A stretch of DNA of 64,000 bases from Bacteroidales bacterium (GCA_024402335.1 JAKSTZ010000015.1:2597-66596); one strand, 5' to 3'. Positions 29,838-40,349 are shown, numbered from the stretch's first letter. Notes: generated from the sequence alone by a model not told the origin. Program-made: numbers and translations.

Positions 29838-30818
29838 ATGCTTTATCCTTTAAAATTCGAACATATCTATAAAGACAAAATTTGGGGCGGAAATCGTTTT
29901 GCTGACCTATTAGGCAGAAACGATGGAAACTCATCTACTTGTGGCGAAAGCTGGGAAATATCAGCTGTTGAAGACAATATTTCTGTGGTTTCCAATGGAT
30001 TTTTAAAAGGAAACAGCCTCCAAGAACTTATAGAAGTTTACATGGACGAACTTGTCGGACAAAAAATCTACGAGAAGTTCGGCATAGAATTTCCACTGCT
30101 AATTAAATTTTTAGACTCCAACGATGTACTTTCCGTGCAAGTACATCCAAACGACGAAGTTGCAAAAGACCGTCATAAAGCATACGGCAAAACAGAAATG
30201 TGGTATGTTATGGACGCAGAAAAAGACGGCGAACTTATCGTTGGTTTTGAAAAAAACTCCTCACAAAAAGAGTTTGCCGAAGCTATAGAAAAACAGAACG
30301 TTCCACAACTACTTCATTCTGAAATTGTACAAAAAGGTGATGTATTCTTCTTACCTGCCGGACGTGTTCATGCTATTGGCAAAGGATTACTTATTGCCGA
30401 AATACAACAGACTTCGGATATAACATATCGTATTTTTGACTGGAACCGCATTGATTCAGAAGGAAATCCTCGCGAATTACATCTTGATTTAGCTATGGAT
30501 GTAATTGATTACGAAGCTAAAGATGACTATAAAACACATTATACGTCGAAGTTAAATCAAACAGCAGAATTAGTGACCTGTCCGTACTTCAAGACAAATG
30601 TCCTTACATTCGATTGCACGGCAGTAAAAGATTACTACTCAATTGATTCTTTTGTAATCTATATGTGTTTGGAAGGCACTGTCACCATCAATTTTGGAGG
30701 TTCTTACGAGGAACAAATGACCAAAGGTGAAACAGTACTTATTCCAGCATCGCTACACCAAATCCAACTTACGCCACAAAATGGCAAAGCACAAATTTTG
30801 GAAGTTTATATACCATAA
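29838..30818 (+). CDS. manA: Type I phosphomannose isomerase
   Basis: KIWGG, ESWEIS, SVQVHPND and AGRVHAI cupin motifs. Confidence 0.85.
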   Translation: MLYPLKFEHIYKDKIWGGNRFADLLGRNDGNSSTCGESWEISAVEDNISVVSNGFLKGNSLQELIEVYMDELVGQKIYEKFGIEFPLLIKFLDSNDVLSVQVHPNDEVAKDRHKAYGKTEMWYVMDAEKDGELIVGFEKNSSQKEFAEAIEKQNVPQLLHSEIVQKGDVFFLPAGRVHAIGKGLLIAEIQQTSDITYRIFDWNRIDSEGNPRELHLDLAMDVIDYEAKDDYKTHYTSKLNQTAELVTCPYFKTNVLTFDCTAVKDYYSIDSFVIYMCLEGTVTINFGGSYEEQMTKGETVLIPASLHQIQLTPQNGKAQILEVYIP

Positions 30819-30827
30819 TCTACATGT

Positions 30828-31412
30828 ATGATTCAGATAGGAAAACAACTTGTCAGTCTTGATGTAATAGAAAAAGAATTTTGTTGCGACATTACAAAAT
30901 GTAAAGGTTGTTGCTGTATAGAAGGCGATGCCGGTGCTCCATTATTAGATGAAGAAATCGCTGAATACGAAAAAGTTCTTGACAAGATTCTTCCCTATCT
31001 TCCTGAAAAAAATCAGGAAGTCATACGAGAAAAAGGCGTTTACTACCTTGACGATGAACACGAAAAAGTAACCATGTTGGTTGACAATGCAGAATGTGCA
31101 TTTGTTGAACACTATGGTGAAACATTATATTGCGGAATAGAGCATGCCTATAGAGACGGGAAAATCTCAGTGCAAAAACCTATTTCTTGCCACTTATACC
31201 CTATCCGCTGCCGACAATACCACGATTTTGAAGCAATAAACTACGACAAATGGCCAATCTGTGCCGATGCAATTTGCAAAGGCAAAGAGTTAGGCTTAAA
31301 AGTTTATCAATTTCTTAAAGAACCACTTATTCGCAAATACGGACAAGAATGGTACGATGAACTTGTAGAAGTTGCTCGCCAATGGGAAGAACAAAAGAAT
31401 GCAAAAAAGTAA
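30828..31412 (+). CDS. DUF3109-like cysteine-rich protein
   Basis: CCDITKCKGCCCIEGDAGAPL and PISCHLYPIR match my memory of DUF3109. Confidence 0.55.
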   Translation: MIQIGKQLVSLDVIEKEFCCDITKCKGCCCIEGDAGAPLLDEEIAEYEKVLDKILPYLPEKNQEVIREKGVYYLDDEHEKVTMLVDNAECAFVEHYGETLYCGIEHAYRDGKISVQKPISCHLYPIRCRQYHDFEAINYDKWPICADAICKGKELGLKVYQFLKEPLIRKYGQEWYDELVEVARQWEEQKNAKK

Positions 31413-32334
31413 ATTTCTAACCATACTTTTTACTTTTCTATTTGCAATTTCAACACAAGCACAAAATTGCAGCTTGACTGATACGCTTTCTTCTCCCCAA
31501 AAAACTGTTAATATTCCGAGCCTTATTGCAGTAGGAACCATTACACCAGCTATCTTAACTGGAATGTATGTATATATGCACAATGCCTGGTGGAGTGAAA
31601 GTCAAACGGATTTCCACTTCGACGACGGCATAGATTTGAAATATGCACTCAACCTTGACAAACTTGGTCATTTTACTGCATCTATCATAGCATCGAATGC
31701 TTTCACCGACATACTACAAACAACCGGCGTACAAAGAAAAAATGCAATATGGTGGGGCGCATCACTTGCAATAGTAAATGCAACAATTATTGAGATAAAA
31801 GATGGATATGCTCCTTATTGGGGATTTAGCATGTATGATGAAATAGCAAATATTGCAGGTGCATTTTATCCAGTATTACAGGAAAAAGTACCTTTTTTCC
31901 AAGCATTTAATTTTAAATGGAGCTACGACATAAATTACTCCTACGAGACAGAATACTATAAATATAGACTTGCCCACGATAAACTCAATAGCAAAGGTAA
32001 ACCTGAAGGATATTCATTTATAGACGATTATGACAGACAATATTTCTGGTTGACAATAGATTGGGCAACATTATTTTGTAAAGACAAACCACGATACAAA
32101 CTACCCTATTGTATAGATTTAGCCCTTGGAGTTAGTGGGGAAAACCTCAAGACCGAAGATCCCAACAAGAAAATACAAAGAGAATTCTATATAGGATTCG
32201 ATATAAACCTTACAAAATTCTTCAAGAAGAAGAACATCCCATATCATATCTGTAAGTACCTCAACTTTTATCATTTACCACTGCCTGCGGCACAAGTTTC
32301 ACCAAAAGCAAAAGGATATTGGCTGATGTATTAG
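31399..32334 (+). CDS. Secreted protein, possibly DUF2279/YfiM-like
   Basis: Signal peptide MQKSKFLTILFTFLFAISTQAQ plus a DKLGHF motif. Overlaps the upstream gene by 14 nt. Confidence 0.4.
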   Translation: MQKSKFLTILFTFLFAISTQAQNCSLTDTLSSPQKTVNIPSLIAVGTITPAILTGMYVYMHNAWWSESQTDFHFDDGIDLKYALNLDKLGHFTASIIASNAFTDILQTTGVQRKNAIWWGASLAIVNATIIEIKDGYAPYWGFSMYDEIANIAGAFYPVLQEKVPFFQAFNFKWSYDINYSYETEYYKYRLAHDKLNSKGKPEGYSFIDDYDRQYFWLTIDWATLFCKDKPRYKLPYCIDLALGVSGENLKTEDPNKKIQREFYIGFDINLTKFFKKKNIPYHICKYLNFYHLPLPAAQVSPKAKGYWLMY

Positions 32335-32373
32335 AAAAAATCCTATTTTTGCGGTGCTAAAAAATCTCTTCAG

Positions 32374-32910
32374 ATGATAATTGCAAAGCAAAAAAGAAAA
32401 GAAAATATTGCCGAATATATATTGTATATGTGGCAATTAGAAGATATGCTACGAGCTTGCAATTTCAATATAGACCAGCTTACCCAAGGATTTTCGCTGC
32501 CTCCGACACAAATGCCTATAATCAAACAATGGTATCAAGATATGGCCGACGCAATGAAAGCCGAAGGTATACATAAAAAAGGTCATCTTATGCAATTGAA
32601 AGAACTTGTACAAGATCTTTCTACATTGAATATCAAACTATTGCAAAATCCAGAAGAACAAAAATACAAGGAACTATTCACTACAGCAATGCCACACATT
32701 ACGGAAATAATCAATCATTCCGATGAATGGGTAAAAAACGAAATAGATGCTTGTTTCACTGGATTATACGGCGTAATGTTGCTACGATTGCAAAAGAAAG
32801 AAATCACTCCTGAAACACAAGAAGCAGTGCAAACTTTTTCAAACCTACTAGCTGCATTGTCTGTACGTTTCAAACAATACGAAAACGGTGAACTCAATAT
32901 AGATTTATAA
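32374..32910 (+). CDS. Conserved Bacteroidota protein, DUF4924-like
   Basis: NIAEYILYMWQLEDMLRA resembles the DUF4924 N-terminus. Sits upstream of rpe. Confidence 0.45.
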   Translation: MIIAKQKRKENIAEYILYMWQLEDMLRACNFNIDQLTQGFSLPPTQMPIIKQWYQDMADAMKAEGIHKKGHLMQLKELVQDLSTLNIKLLQNPEEQKYKELFTTAMPHITEIINHSDEWVKNEIDACFTGLYGVMLLRLQKKEITPETQEAVQTFSNLLAALSVRFKQYENGELNIDL

Positions 32911-32920
32911 AATTACGAAT

Positions 32921-33568
32921 ATGCCTATCATCTCCCCTTCCATCCTATCAGCGAACTTCGCAAATCTTCAAGCAGATATTGAAATGTTAAACAACAGCGA
33001 AGCCGATTGGGTACATGTAGATGTAATGGACGGCGTATTTGTACCAAACATTTCATTTGGATTCCCTGTATTGAAAGCAATACAACCACTTTCGAAAAAG
33101 ATTTTCGACGTACATCTTATGATAATAAATCCGGAACGTTACATTGAGAGATTTAAGGCTGCCGGAGCTTCTATTCTCACAGTTCACTACGAAGCTTGCC
33201 AAGATTTAAAGAAAACCGTTGATCAAATACACGCAAACGGAATGAAAGCTGGCGTATCTATCAATCCAGAAACTCCAGTAACAGTACTGAACGACATACT
33301 TCCTTCTGTAGATATGATTTTAATCATGTCGGTACATCCAGGTTTCGGCGGACAAAAATTCATTCCTGAATCAATAGACAAAGTGAAAGCCGTAAAAGCA
33401 ATGATGCAAAAACGCGGTGTAAATGCTTTAATAGAAATTGACGGCGGCATAGGTTTACAAAATGCTGCAGATGTTGTTGCAGCAGGAGCCGACGCTCTTG
33501 TTGCCGGAGCTGCTATCTTCGCATCAGAAAACCCAACAGAAACGATTGCAAAAATGAAGAGAATATAG
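32921..33568 (+). CDS. rpe: Ribulose-phosphate 3-epimerase
   Basis: PSILSANF, HVDVMDG, MSV.PGFGGQKF and IDGG motifs. Confidence 0.96.
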   Translation: MPIISPSILSANFANLQADIEMLNNSEADWVHVDVMDGVFVPNISFGFPVLKAIQPLSKKIFDVHLMIINPERYIERFKAAGASILTVHYEACQDLKKTVDQIHANGMKAGVSINPETPVTVLNDILPSVDMILIMSVHPGFGGQKFIPESIDKVKAVKAMMQKRGVNALIEIDGGIGLQNAADVVAAGADALVAGAAIFASENPTETIAKMKRI

Positions 33569-33591
33569 TTTTCTCATTTTTAAATACAAAC

Positions 33592-33621
33592 AAAAAAGGC
33601 GATGAATCATCGCCTTTTTTT
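33592..33621. terminator. Bidirectional terminator (rpe and the convergent LuxR gene)
   Basis: A6-GGCGATG-AAT-CATCGCC-T7. Confidence 0.8.
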
Positions 33622-33643
33622 ATTTCTTATCATAGTCCCAATC

Positions 33644-34297
33644 TTACAAATCGATAATATTATTTCGAATAGCATATTTGATTAAGTCAACCTGCGTTTT
33701 AAGGTTAAGCTTTTGCATAATATGCGTTTTGTGAGTTTCCACTGTACGAATACTAATATGTAGTCTATCTGCAATTTCCGGATTTGTATAGCTACTTCCC
33801 CACAACGAAAGTATCTCTATTTCACGAGAACTTAATTCGTTTACCTGTTCATTTTCTGGCTTTTCGTTGTTTTGGATTGACGATACATATCTATTCAATA
33901 AAATGTTGGTGATACACTTACTGAAATAATCATAACCATTTCGTAATGAATAAATTGCCTCAAACAAATCCTGTCGGCTGGCATCGTGCGAAAGGAATCC
34001 TTTTGCACCAACTTTTATAATATTGAAAATAGTCTCTTCATTTTCTGCATACGAAATAATCAACACTTTCGCCTTGGTGTGTTGTCGTTGAATATTTTCA
34101 ACATCTTCAATATCCTCACTGGTAATTTTCGGGATATTTTTAACAACAACATGGATAGGTTCTTCGTATGATTTATGTAGAAAATCGCTTGTACGAGTAT
34201 GAATATCAAGCACTTTAAAGTCTGGATTAGACTCTATAAGCATAGCAATACTTTCGTCCTGCAAGCGATGAATTCCGATTAAAACAATATTTATCAT
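33644..34297 (-). CDS. LuxR/GerE-family DNA-binding regulator with a degenerate (Asp-less) receiver domain
   Basis: C-terminal HTH (LSSREIEILSLWGSSYTNPEIADRLHISIRTVETHKTHIMQKL). In the N-terminal receiver-like fold, IGIHR replaces DD, VVVKNIP replaces the phospho-Asp, and GFLSHD replaces the conserved Lys. Confidence 0.8.
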   Translation of the reverse strand: MINIVLIGIHRLQDESIAMLIESNPDFKVLDIHTRTSDFLHKSYEEPIHVVVKNIPKITSEDIEDVENIQRQHTKAKVLIISYAENEETIFNIIKVGAKGFLSHDASRQDLFEAIYSLRNGYDYFSKCITNILLNRYVSSIQNNEKPENEQVNELSSREIEILSLWGSSYTNPEIADRLHISIRTVETHKTHIMQKLNLKTQVDLIKYAIRNNIIDL

Positions 34298-34300
34298 TAG

Positions 34301-37300
34301 TTATTCCGTTTCGTTTACAAAGATAGTAGCAATCCGCTCTTTTCCTTGCATATAAACGCAAAGATTTTTCGGGAAACGTACATGTACAAAAAATTCTGTC
34401 TTTTCTACCACAACTTGTTGTTGCAAAATATTCCAATCTATGAAATTATTTTCATCAGGATTTTCAATCGCAAAATAGCCAATATTCATAGTAGAAATAT
34501 TGTGGAAGAAATGCGATCCCAACGAGGCATCAAGCGGGAAGTTCGACAAACTAATTTCCACGATAACCTTTGCATTCGAAATCTGTGACCAAAGCACCGG
34601 AATGCCAAGGAATCTATCACTGGTACCCCATCTTCCCGGACCAATAAGAATGTATTTCTTTCCTTGTTCCACCATAGATTTATTGATTTTCTCAATCTCC
34701 GCAACCATTTCCATAGTACGAAGTTTATCGAATTTGTCTAAATCTACATAAACCACGTCGCAAATATTTTCAATAAAGCCATTACCCATGCACGAAGTTG
34801 TATTAAGCATTTTCGGCATATCATTCAACTCCTCAGGGAATGAATTTTCGGTAAGAAGACTACCTGTAAGTGGTTTTATTTGAAGCAAATAGAAAGAAGG
34901 AACGCCGTCTTCATTTTCATTCAAATCAACTGCAAATTCTATTTCTACCGGCGTACCCATAGCCTCTTGCACCGTATTTAGCATCAATGTAAGAATTTCT
35001 GCCAAAGGGGCGTAGTCATATTTTAATATATTGGCAAAATTAATTATACGTGGACCATAACAAGAAAGGCCTGGTTCAATTCTGTCATTTTCAAGATTAT
35101 ATACCGACGCACAATGTTTTAATGTTCCATGCTTTTCTGCATCAGAAATGTCCAACATCGTCAATGCGGCATGTTCGCCATCACGCTTGTAATTCACATC
35201 GGTTTTTGTAAAATCAACAGCATAGAACTGCGTCTGCGAAGAGCCAATCTGATCTTTCGGACTCATTATATCCACCTTAGGATAATGTGGCGAGAATCGA
35301 TAAGCTTTTCCTCCATCAACAATATAGAATCCTAATCCCACGGCACATACAGAGAAACCTTCTTCCGGCTTCATGTGAGCAACCGGATAGTAATTGTACG
35401 ACTGTGCAACACCACTAATATGCGGATAGTAGTAATTATCGTAATAATTTCCCACCAACTCTTGAATAACAATTGCCATCTTTTCTTCTTCAAGTTTGTG
35501 GTTTGTTGACTTATAGAATTCTTTTACCTGTTCACCATATACCGAAGCATAAATCAACTTAATGGCAACCTCAAGATCTTCCAAACGCTTATTCAAATCC
35601 TTACTGTTATTCGGAATAATATAAGTACTAAACACACCTGCAAGTGGCTGAGTTACAGAATCTTCAAAAATACTCGAAGAACGAACTGCAAGTGGTTTCG
35701 ACACCTGTTCCAACAAAATAGCAAGTTTTTTCCGTAAATCTTCAGAAAGACGGGCGGCAATGAACATATCCTTTATCTGTTCTTCCGATAAATCTTTTGC
35801 AAACAAGTTTTTCTTCGCAAAATTATGTTTCAAGAATAGTTCAAATTCATCGGTTCCGATAATTGCCGTTTTTGGTGTACGGATAGCAATTCTATCTGCG
35901 TATGGGTTCAAATCTATACTATTGATAAGCGTATTCACAAAAGCAAGACCACGACCTTTACCGCCAAGAGAACCAGAAGCGAGCGTCACAACATTTTTTT
36001 CGTCAAGTACGGCAGTTTCCTCAAAAGCAAGGATTTTTCCACGCTTCTTTGTCTGACGATATTTGTCAAGAATGATGTTGTTCATCTTACGAAGTTCATC
36101 AACACTTTCGTTCAAATCCGACAATTTGATAGGATTCAATTGTTTTGCCAGTTCAATTTCTCCACGTCCCATCAACCATACAGAGAATTGGTTTTGATCG
36201 GCGTGATATTTCAACGAATCGTCGGGAATCGTACGAAGTAACATTTCGAATTCGCGCAAGTTTTTTGCCTTAGCAATAGGTTCTCCTTTTCCATTACGGA
36301 ACACAAAGTCTCCATAACCGAAGTTGTGCATCACGAATTTCTTGATCTTATCCAATAAATTATCGGCCTTTTTATTTATGAATTTCGCATGAATTTCTTT
36401 TGCGAACATCGCATATTTCATTTCTGAAGACTGAATCAGAATTGGTAGATTCTTATTGTATTCACGTACATGTTCCAAAAATGCTATACCAGCCTCTTTG
36501 TCTAACCTACCATTGCGAGCAAACTCTGCATCGGAGATAACACATGTCATAAAGTCCTTATACTTATTGAACAAGAATGCAGCTTCCTCATAATTGCTTG
36601 CCCAAAGCAACTTCGGCCTTGAACGAATTTTCGACAATTTCTCCAATTCATTAGACTCAAAGTCAGCAATTTGTTCACCTACTTGATTGAACAAGACAGA
36701 GAAAATTACCGGTAAATATTTTGAATAATATTGAGAAGAATCTTCAATCAGCAACATGGTACGCACCAAACCGATTTTGGTATCATTTTCCACGTTTGCC
36801 AAATCCTCCAACGACTTCACCATTGCAAAGAAAATCTGTGAGTCACCATTCCAGACAAACACCTTATTGAACAAGGTCGTTTTTGCAACCATATCCTCAA
36901 AATAAGCAATATTTGATCGTGGATTTAACAACAAATAAATAGGTACTTCTGTAGTAATCGTACGTATTTGAGAACTAAAGCTTAAAGGCTTCTGCACATC
37001 GGCACCGACCATAAGCACAATCAAATCGAAATGAGTCGTCTTTAACAAATCAAGTGCTTGCTCATACGACGAAACACCAATAATTCGTGGCAACGTGAAA
37101 ATGCTATATTGGTAGATAGGTCCCATGAATTTTTCAAAGAAGCTATCGTCTTTTTCAAGGTTAAACGCATCGTACATTGTTGCAACAAACAATATTTGCG
37201 TAACCTTGTGTTTCATCATATCAAGATAAATGTATTTGTCGAGTGTTTGCTCATTCAACAATTTCTGCAAAGGTTGTTCATTGTTAATCAACGACTCACG

Positions 37301-38119
37301 TGCAAGATTGTCTTTGCTTGTCGGATTAGTATTTAAAATTGGATTATTCGATAACAAACGGCCCTTTGCATCATTTAAGCAACGACAAATCAAATTACCT
37401 ATTGTATTAGCCAAATCGTGTTCTTCCTTAGAAAATTCAAAATGAGCATCATCGGTAGGATTGTAGAAAATCTCTATAAATCCTGTCGTGTTATCAAAAG
37501 TGACAAACGATTCACGCATAGAATATGAAGTTTCCTTAAATCCATACGACGTATAAGAAACCTCATCAAACACAATACGACAACACGTACCAACGCCACC
37601 TTGCCAATATTGCGGAAGTATGTCGCAAATTTTTTGCAATAGCTCGTCGTTCGAAAAGCCATCGTTTATCAAGTTTTTTACTTGTTCAATAGCAGCCAAT
37701 TCATTTCCTTGGGCATTGCATACTGTCGTAACATCAACCAAAGCTTTTTCTGAAATAAAACCACTAATCAACGTAGATGCCACAAACAAATCTTCTTCTT
37801 CAAGCATCTTAAAATCAGATGGTTCCTTATAATAAATAGTGATGCTACCTATCGGTTGTCCGCCGATTCTCAACTCTTGTGTTTGAACTCGACCACTGAT
37901 TGTAAAATGAGAACTATAGTAATTCAAGCCTTTATAGGCTATAAGAACACCAATAGTATCAGGAAAAATTGAGATACTGTTGCAAATATCAGGGAGCATA
38001 GTATGTACAGTATTCCCCTTTTGTCCTATCTCAATTATTTTAGGAATAATTGCATGCATTTGTGAAAATTTTTTCCATTCGCACGAATATACGGATTTTT
38101 CATAAAATATCGACTCCAT
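34301..38119 (-). CDS. Multidomain signalling protein: GAF-like N-terminus, two receiver-like modules, PPDK_N-type PEP/pyruvate-binding ATP-grasp, and a C-terminal domain of unknown function
   Basis: Second receiver looks intact (LLIEDS, ISDAEF, ILIQSS, FINKK). ATP-grasp: SGSLGGKGRGLAF, LAVRSSS.FEDS, MAIVIQE. I saw no GG.TSH phosphohistidine motif. ATG at 38119. Confidence 0.7.
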   Translation of the reverse strand: MESIFYEKSVYSCEWKKFSQMHAIIPKIIEIGQKGNTVHTMLPDICNSISIFPDTIGVLIAYKGLNYYSSHFTISGRVQTQELRIGGQPIGSITIYYKEPSDFKMLEEEDLFVASTLISGFISEKALVDVTTVCNAQGNELAAIEQVKNLINDGFSNDELLQKICDILPQYWQGGVGTCCRIVFDEVSYTSYGFKETSYSMRESFVTFDNTTGFIEIFYNPTDDAHFEFSKEEHDLANTIGNLICRCLNDAKGRLLSNNPILNTNPTSKDNLARESLINNEQPLQKLLNEQTLDKYIYLDMMKHKVTQILFVATMYDAFNLEKDDSFFEKFMGPIYQYSIFTLPRIIGVSSYEQALDLLKTTHFDLIVLMVGADVQKPLSFSSQIRTITTEVPIYLLLNPRSNIAYFEDMVAKTTLFNKVFVWNGDSQIFFAMVKSLEDLANVENDTKIGLVRTMLLIEDSSQYYSKYLPVIFSVLFNQVGEQIADFESNELEKLSKIRSRPKLLWASNYEEAAFLFNKYKDFMTCVISDAEFARNGRLDKEAGIAFLEHVREYNKNLPILIQSSEMKYAMFAKEIHAKFINKKADNLLDKIKKFVMHNFGYGDFVFRNGKGEPIAKAKNLREFEMLLRTIPDDSLKYHADQNQFSVWLMGRGEIELAKQLNPIKLSDLNESVDELRKMNNIILDKYRQTKKRGKILAFEETAVLDEKNVVTLASGSLGGKGRGLAFVNTLINSIDLNPYADRIAIRTPKTAIIGTDEFELFLKHNFAKKNLFAKDLSEEQIKDMFIAARLSEDLRKKLAILLEQVSKPLAVRSSSIFEDSVTQPLAGVFSTYIIPNNSKDLNKRLEDLEVAIKLIYASVYGEQVKEFYKSTNHKLEEEKMAIVIQELVGNYYDNYYYPHISGVAQSYNYYPVAHMKPEEGFSVCAVGLGFYIVDGGKAYRFSPHYPKVDIMSPKDQIGSSQTQFYAVDFTKTDVNYKRDGEHAALTMLDISDAEKHGTLKHCASVYNLENDRIEPGLSCYGPRIINFANILKYDYAPLAEILTLMLNTVQEAMGTPVEIEFAVDLNENEDGVPSFYLLQIKPLTGSLLTENSFPEELNDMPKMLNTTSCMGNGFIENICDVVYVDLDKFDKLRTMEMVAEIEKINKSMVEQGKKYILIGPGRWGTSDRFLGIPVLWSQISNAKVIVEISLSNFPLDASLGSHFFHNISTMNIGYFAIENPDENNFIDWNILQQQVVVEKTEFFVHVRFPKNLCVYMQGKERIATIFVNETE

Positions 38120-38238
38120 GCCTAACAAAATTCTAACATCAAACAGATTGAAACCTTAGTCTATCTAATAAAGCCCATCATTTTTCACCTATCCCAAAAT
38201 CTCATGATTACAGAACAAATGTTTTAGCAAATAATTCT

Positions 38239-38246
38239 TATCTTTG
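38239..38246 (+). promoter_or_regulatory. -7 promoter box (TATCTTTG) for hisH
   Basis: TAnnTTTG match 21 nt upstream of the ATG. Confidence 0.4.
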
Positions 38247-38266
38247 ACCCTACGAAATATAGTATT

Positions 38267-38851
38267 ATGCAAGTTGCAATTGTTAAATATAATGCAGGAA
38301 ACATACAGTCGGTACGATATGCATTGAACCGTTTAGGAATAGACCCTATTGTTACGAACAATCCTGACGAATTATATAAAGCCGACAAGATTATTTTCCC
38401 AGGCGTAGGCGATGCGGGAACAGCAATGCCATACCTTCGCGAACGTCATCTTGACGAAGTCTTAGTTTCATTAAAACAGCCATTTCTTGGTATTTGTTTC
38501 GGCATGCAACTTATGTGTAAACATTCCGAAGAAGGCGATGTTGACTGTCTCGGCATATTTGACGTGAATGTTAAACGTTTCCCTTCCGGAACTGAAAAGA
38601 TTCCTCACATGGGATGGAACACTATCGGTGACTACAAAGGCACTTTGCTCAAAAATATTGATCCTGATAGCTATGTTTATTTTGTACATAGCTATTATGC
38701 AGAGATGAATCCACACTCAACTGCAACATGCAACTATGTGCTTGATTTTAGCGCAGGTATAGAAAAAGACAATTTCTTTGCCTTCCAATTCCACCCAGAA
38801 AAAAGTGGTGTTGTAGGAGCACAAATTCTTAAGAATTTTATTGAACTATAA
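38267..38851 (+). CDS. hisH: Imidazole glycerol phosphate synthase, glutamine amidotransferase subunit
   Basis: Class I GATase triad context (GICFGMQ, FQFHPEKS) and HisH length. Confidence 0.85.
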   Translation: MQVAIVKYNAGNIQSVRYALNRLGIDPIVTNNPDELYKADKIIFPGVGDAGTAMPYLRERHLDEVLVSLKQPFLGICFGMQLMCKHSEEGDVDCLGIFDVNVKRFPSGTEKIPHMGWNTIGDYKGTLLKNIDPDSYVYFVHSYYAEMNPHSTATCNYVLDFSAGIEKDNFFAFQFHPEKSGVVGAQILKNFIEL

Positions 38852-39237
38852 TGCCAAAAACAGAAGAAAATCTTCGTATCGATAAATGGTTGTGGGCTGT
38901 ACGTCTGTACAAGACGCGTAGTCTTGCGACATCGGCATGTAAAAACAATCAGGTTTCAATCAGTGGCATAAACGTAAAGCCTTCGCATATAATAAAAATA
39001 GGCGACATCGTTTGCGTGAAGCGTCCTCCTATTGTGCGTTCATACGAAGTATTAGGACTTTTGGCACAACGGGAATCGGCAAAGGTTGTCGTTGATTTCG
39101 TAAAAGATGTAACTCCGCAATCCGAGTTACAAAAGTTAGAAGATGTTAAAATGGTCTTCACTGTATATCGTGACAAAGGCGCTGGTCGACCAACGAAAAA
39201 AGATCGTCGTGCGTTAGAAGACTTTGGTTATCTATAA
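38851..39237 (+). CDS. S4-domain RNA-binding protein (Hsp15-like)
   Basis: RIDKWLWAVRLYKTRSLA. Overlaps the hisH stop by 1 nt. Confidence 0.75.
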   Translation: MPKTEENLRIDKWLWAVRLYKTRSLATSACKNNQVSISGINVKPSHIIKIGDIVCVKRPPIVRSYEVLGLLAQRESAKVVVDFVKDVTPQSELQKLEDVKMVFTVYRDKGAGRPTKKDRRALEDFGYL

Positions 39238-39239
39238 TT

Positions 39240-40304
39240 ATGGAACAAGAACTATTTCAACAAGCAAAACGATTACTTACATCGTTGATAGAAACATTCT
39301 CTGTCAGTCGTAGCGAAGATGCCACGGCAGAACTTCTTGTGAACTTTTTCAAAAAACAAGGCATAGTGGCAGAACGAATTGTAAACAACGTGATTGTAAA
39401 GTCCTCTAACTTTGACACAAACAAACCTACAATTCTGCTAAATTCCCATCACGATACGGTAAAACCATCTGATGGATGGAACCACGACCCTTTCAATGCG
39501 GTAAGCGTGGATGGTAAAATCTACGGGCTTGGCAGTAACGACGCGGGAGCATCACTTGTATCGCTTATATTCACATTCCTTCATTTTGAAAAAATTGCTG
39601 ATAAAGCATTCAATTTAATACTTGTTGCTTCTGCAGAAGAAGAAGTTTCTGGGAAAAATGGTTTGGAATGTGTAATACCAACTTTGCCGGAAATATCTTT
39701 CGGTATTGTCGGAGAGCCTACCAGCCTTCGTATGGCTGTTGCCGAAAAAGGTTTGATGGTGTTAGACTGCAAAGCACACGGAAAATCAGGACATGCAGCT
39801 CATTCCAATGGTATAAATGCTATATACAAAGCAATGAGCGACATTGAATGGTTCCGCACTTATCAGTTCCCGAAAGTTTCGGACTTCCTTGGCGAAGTGA
39901 AGATGAGTGTAACCGTAATCCAAGCGGGAACACAACACAACGTTGTTCCAGGCGAATGTTCGTTCGTTGTTGATGTACGCAGTAATGAACATTACAGCAA
40001 TCAAGACTTGTTCGAAATCATCAATCAATCAATAGAATCGGAAGTTAAGGCCCGTTCTTTCCGTCTTAACTCATCGTGCATTTCCACTACACACCCAATA
40101 GTAGAAAGTGGGAAAGCATTAGGATTGGAGATGTTCGGTTCACCAACACTTTCCGATCAAGTATTCATGACAAAATTTCCTTCTGTAAAAATCGGTCCCG
40201 GCGATACACTTCGTTCACATACGGCAAACGAGTTCATCTACGAATCGGAATTACAACAAGGAATTGAAACATATATTAAATTACTTGAAAATATTGAATT
40301 GTAG
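39240..40304 (+). CDS. M20 family metallopeptidase (ArgE/DapE-type deacylase; plausibly the acyl-ornithine/citrulline deacylase of arginine synthesis)
   Basis: LNSHHDTV, GSNDAGAS and SAEEE metal-ligand motifs. Lies near argH. Confidence 0.8.
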   Translation: MEQELFQQAKRLLTSLIETFSVSRSEDATAELLVNFFKKQGIVAERIVNNVIVKSSNFDTNKPTILLNSHHDTVKPSDGWNHDPFNAVSVDGKIYGLGSNDAGASLVSLIFTFLHFEKIADKAFNLILVASAEEEVSGKNGLECVIPTLPEISFGIVGEPTSLRMAVAEKGLMVLDCKAHGKSGHAAHSNGINAIYKAMSDIEWFRTYQFPKVSDFLGEVKMSVTVIQAGTQHNVVPGECSFVVDVRSNEHYSNQDLFEIINQSIESEVKARSFRLNSSCISTTHPIVESGKALGLEMFGSPTLSDQVFMTKFPSVKIGPGDTLRSHTANEFIYESELQQGIETYIKLLENIEL

Positions 40305-40349
40305 ACAATAACTTAATAAAACTTATCATATTCAATATTCAAAATGAGT

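Noticed and set aside
38267-38851. hisH standing alone without hisA/hisF neighbours
   Set aside because: The catalytic triad context is intact and scattered his genes are common. Nothing in the window indicates a non-histidine role.
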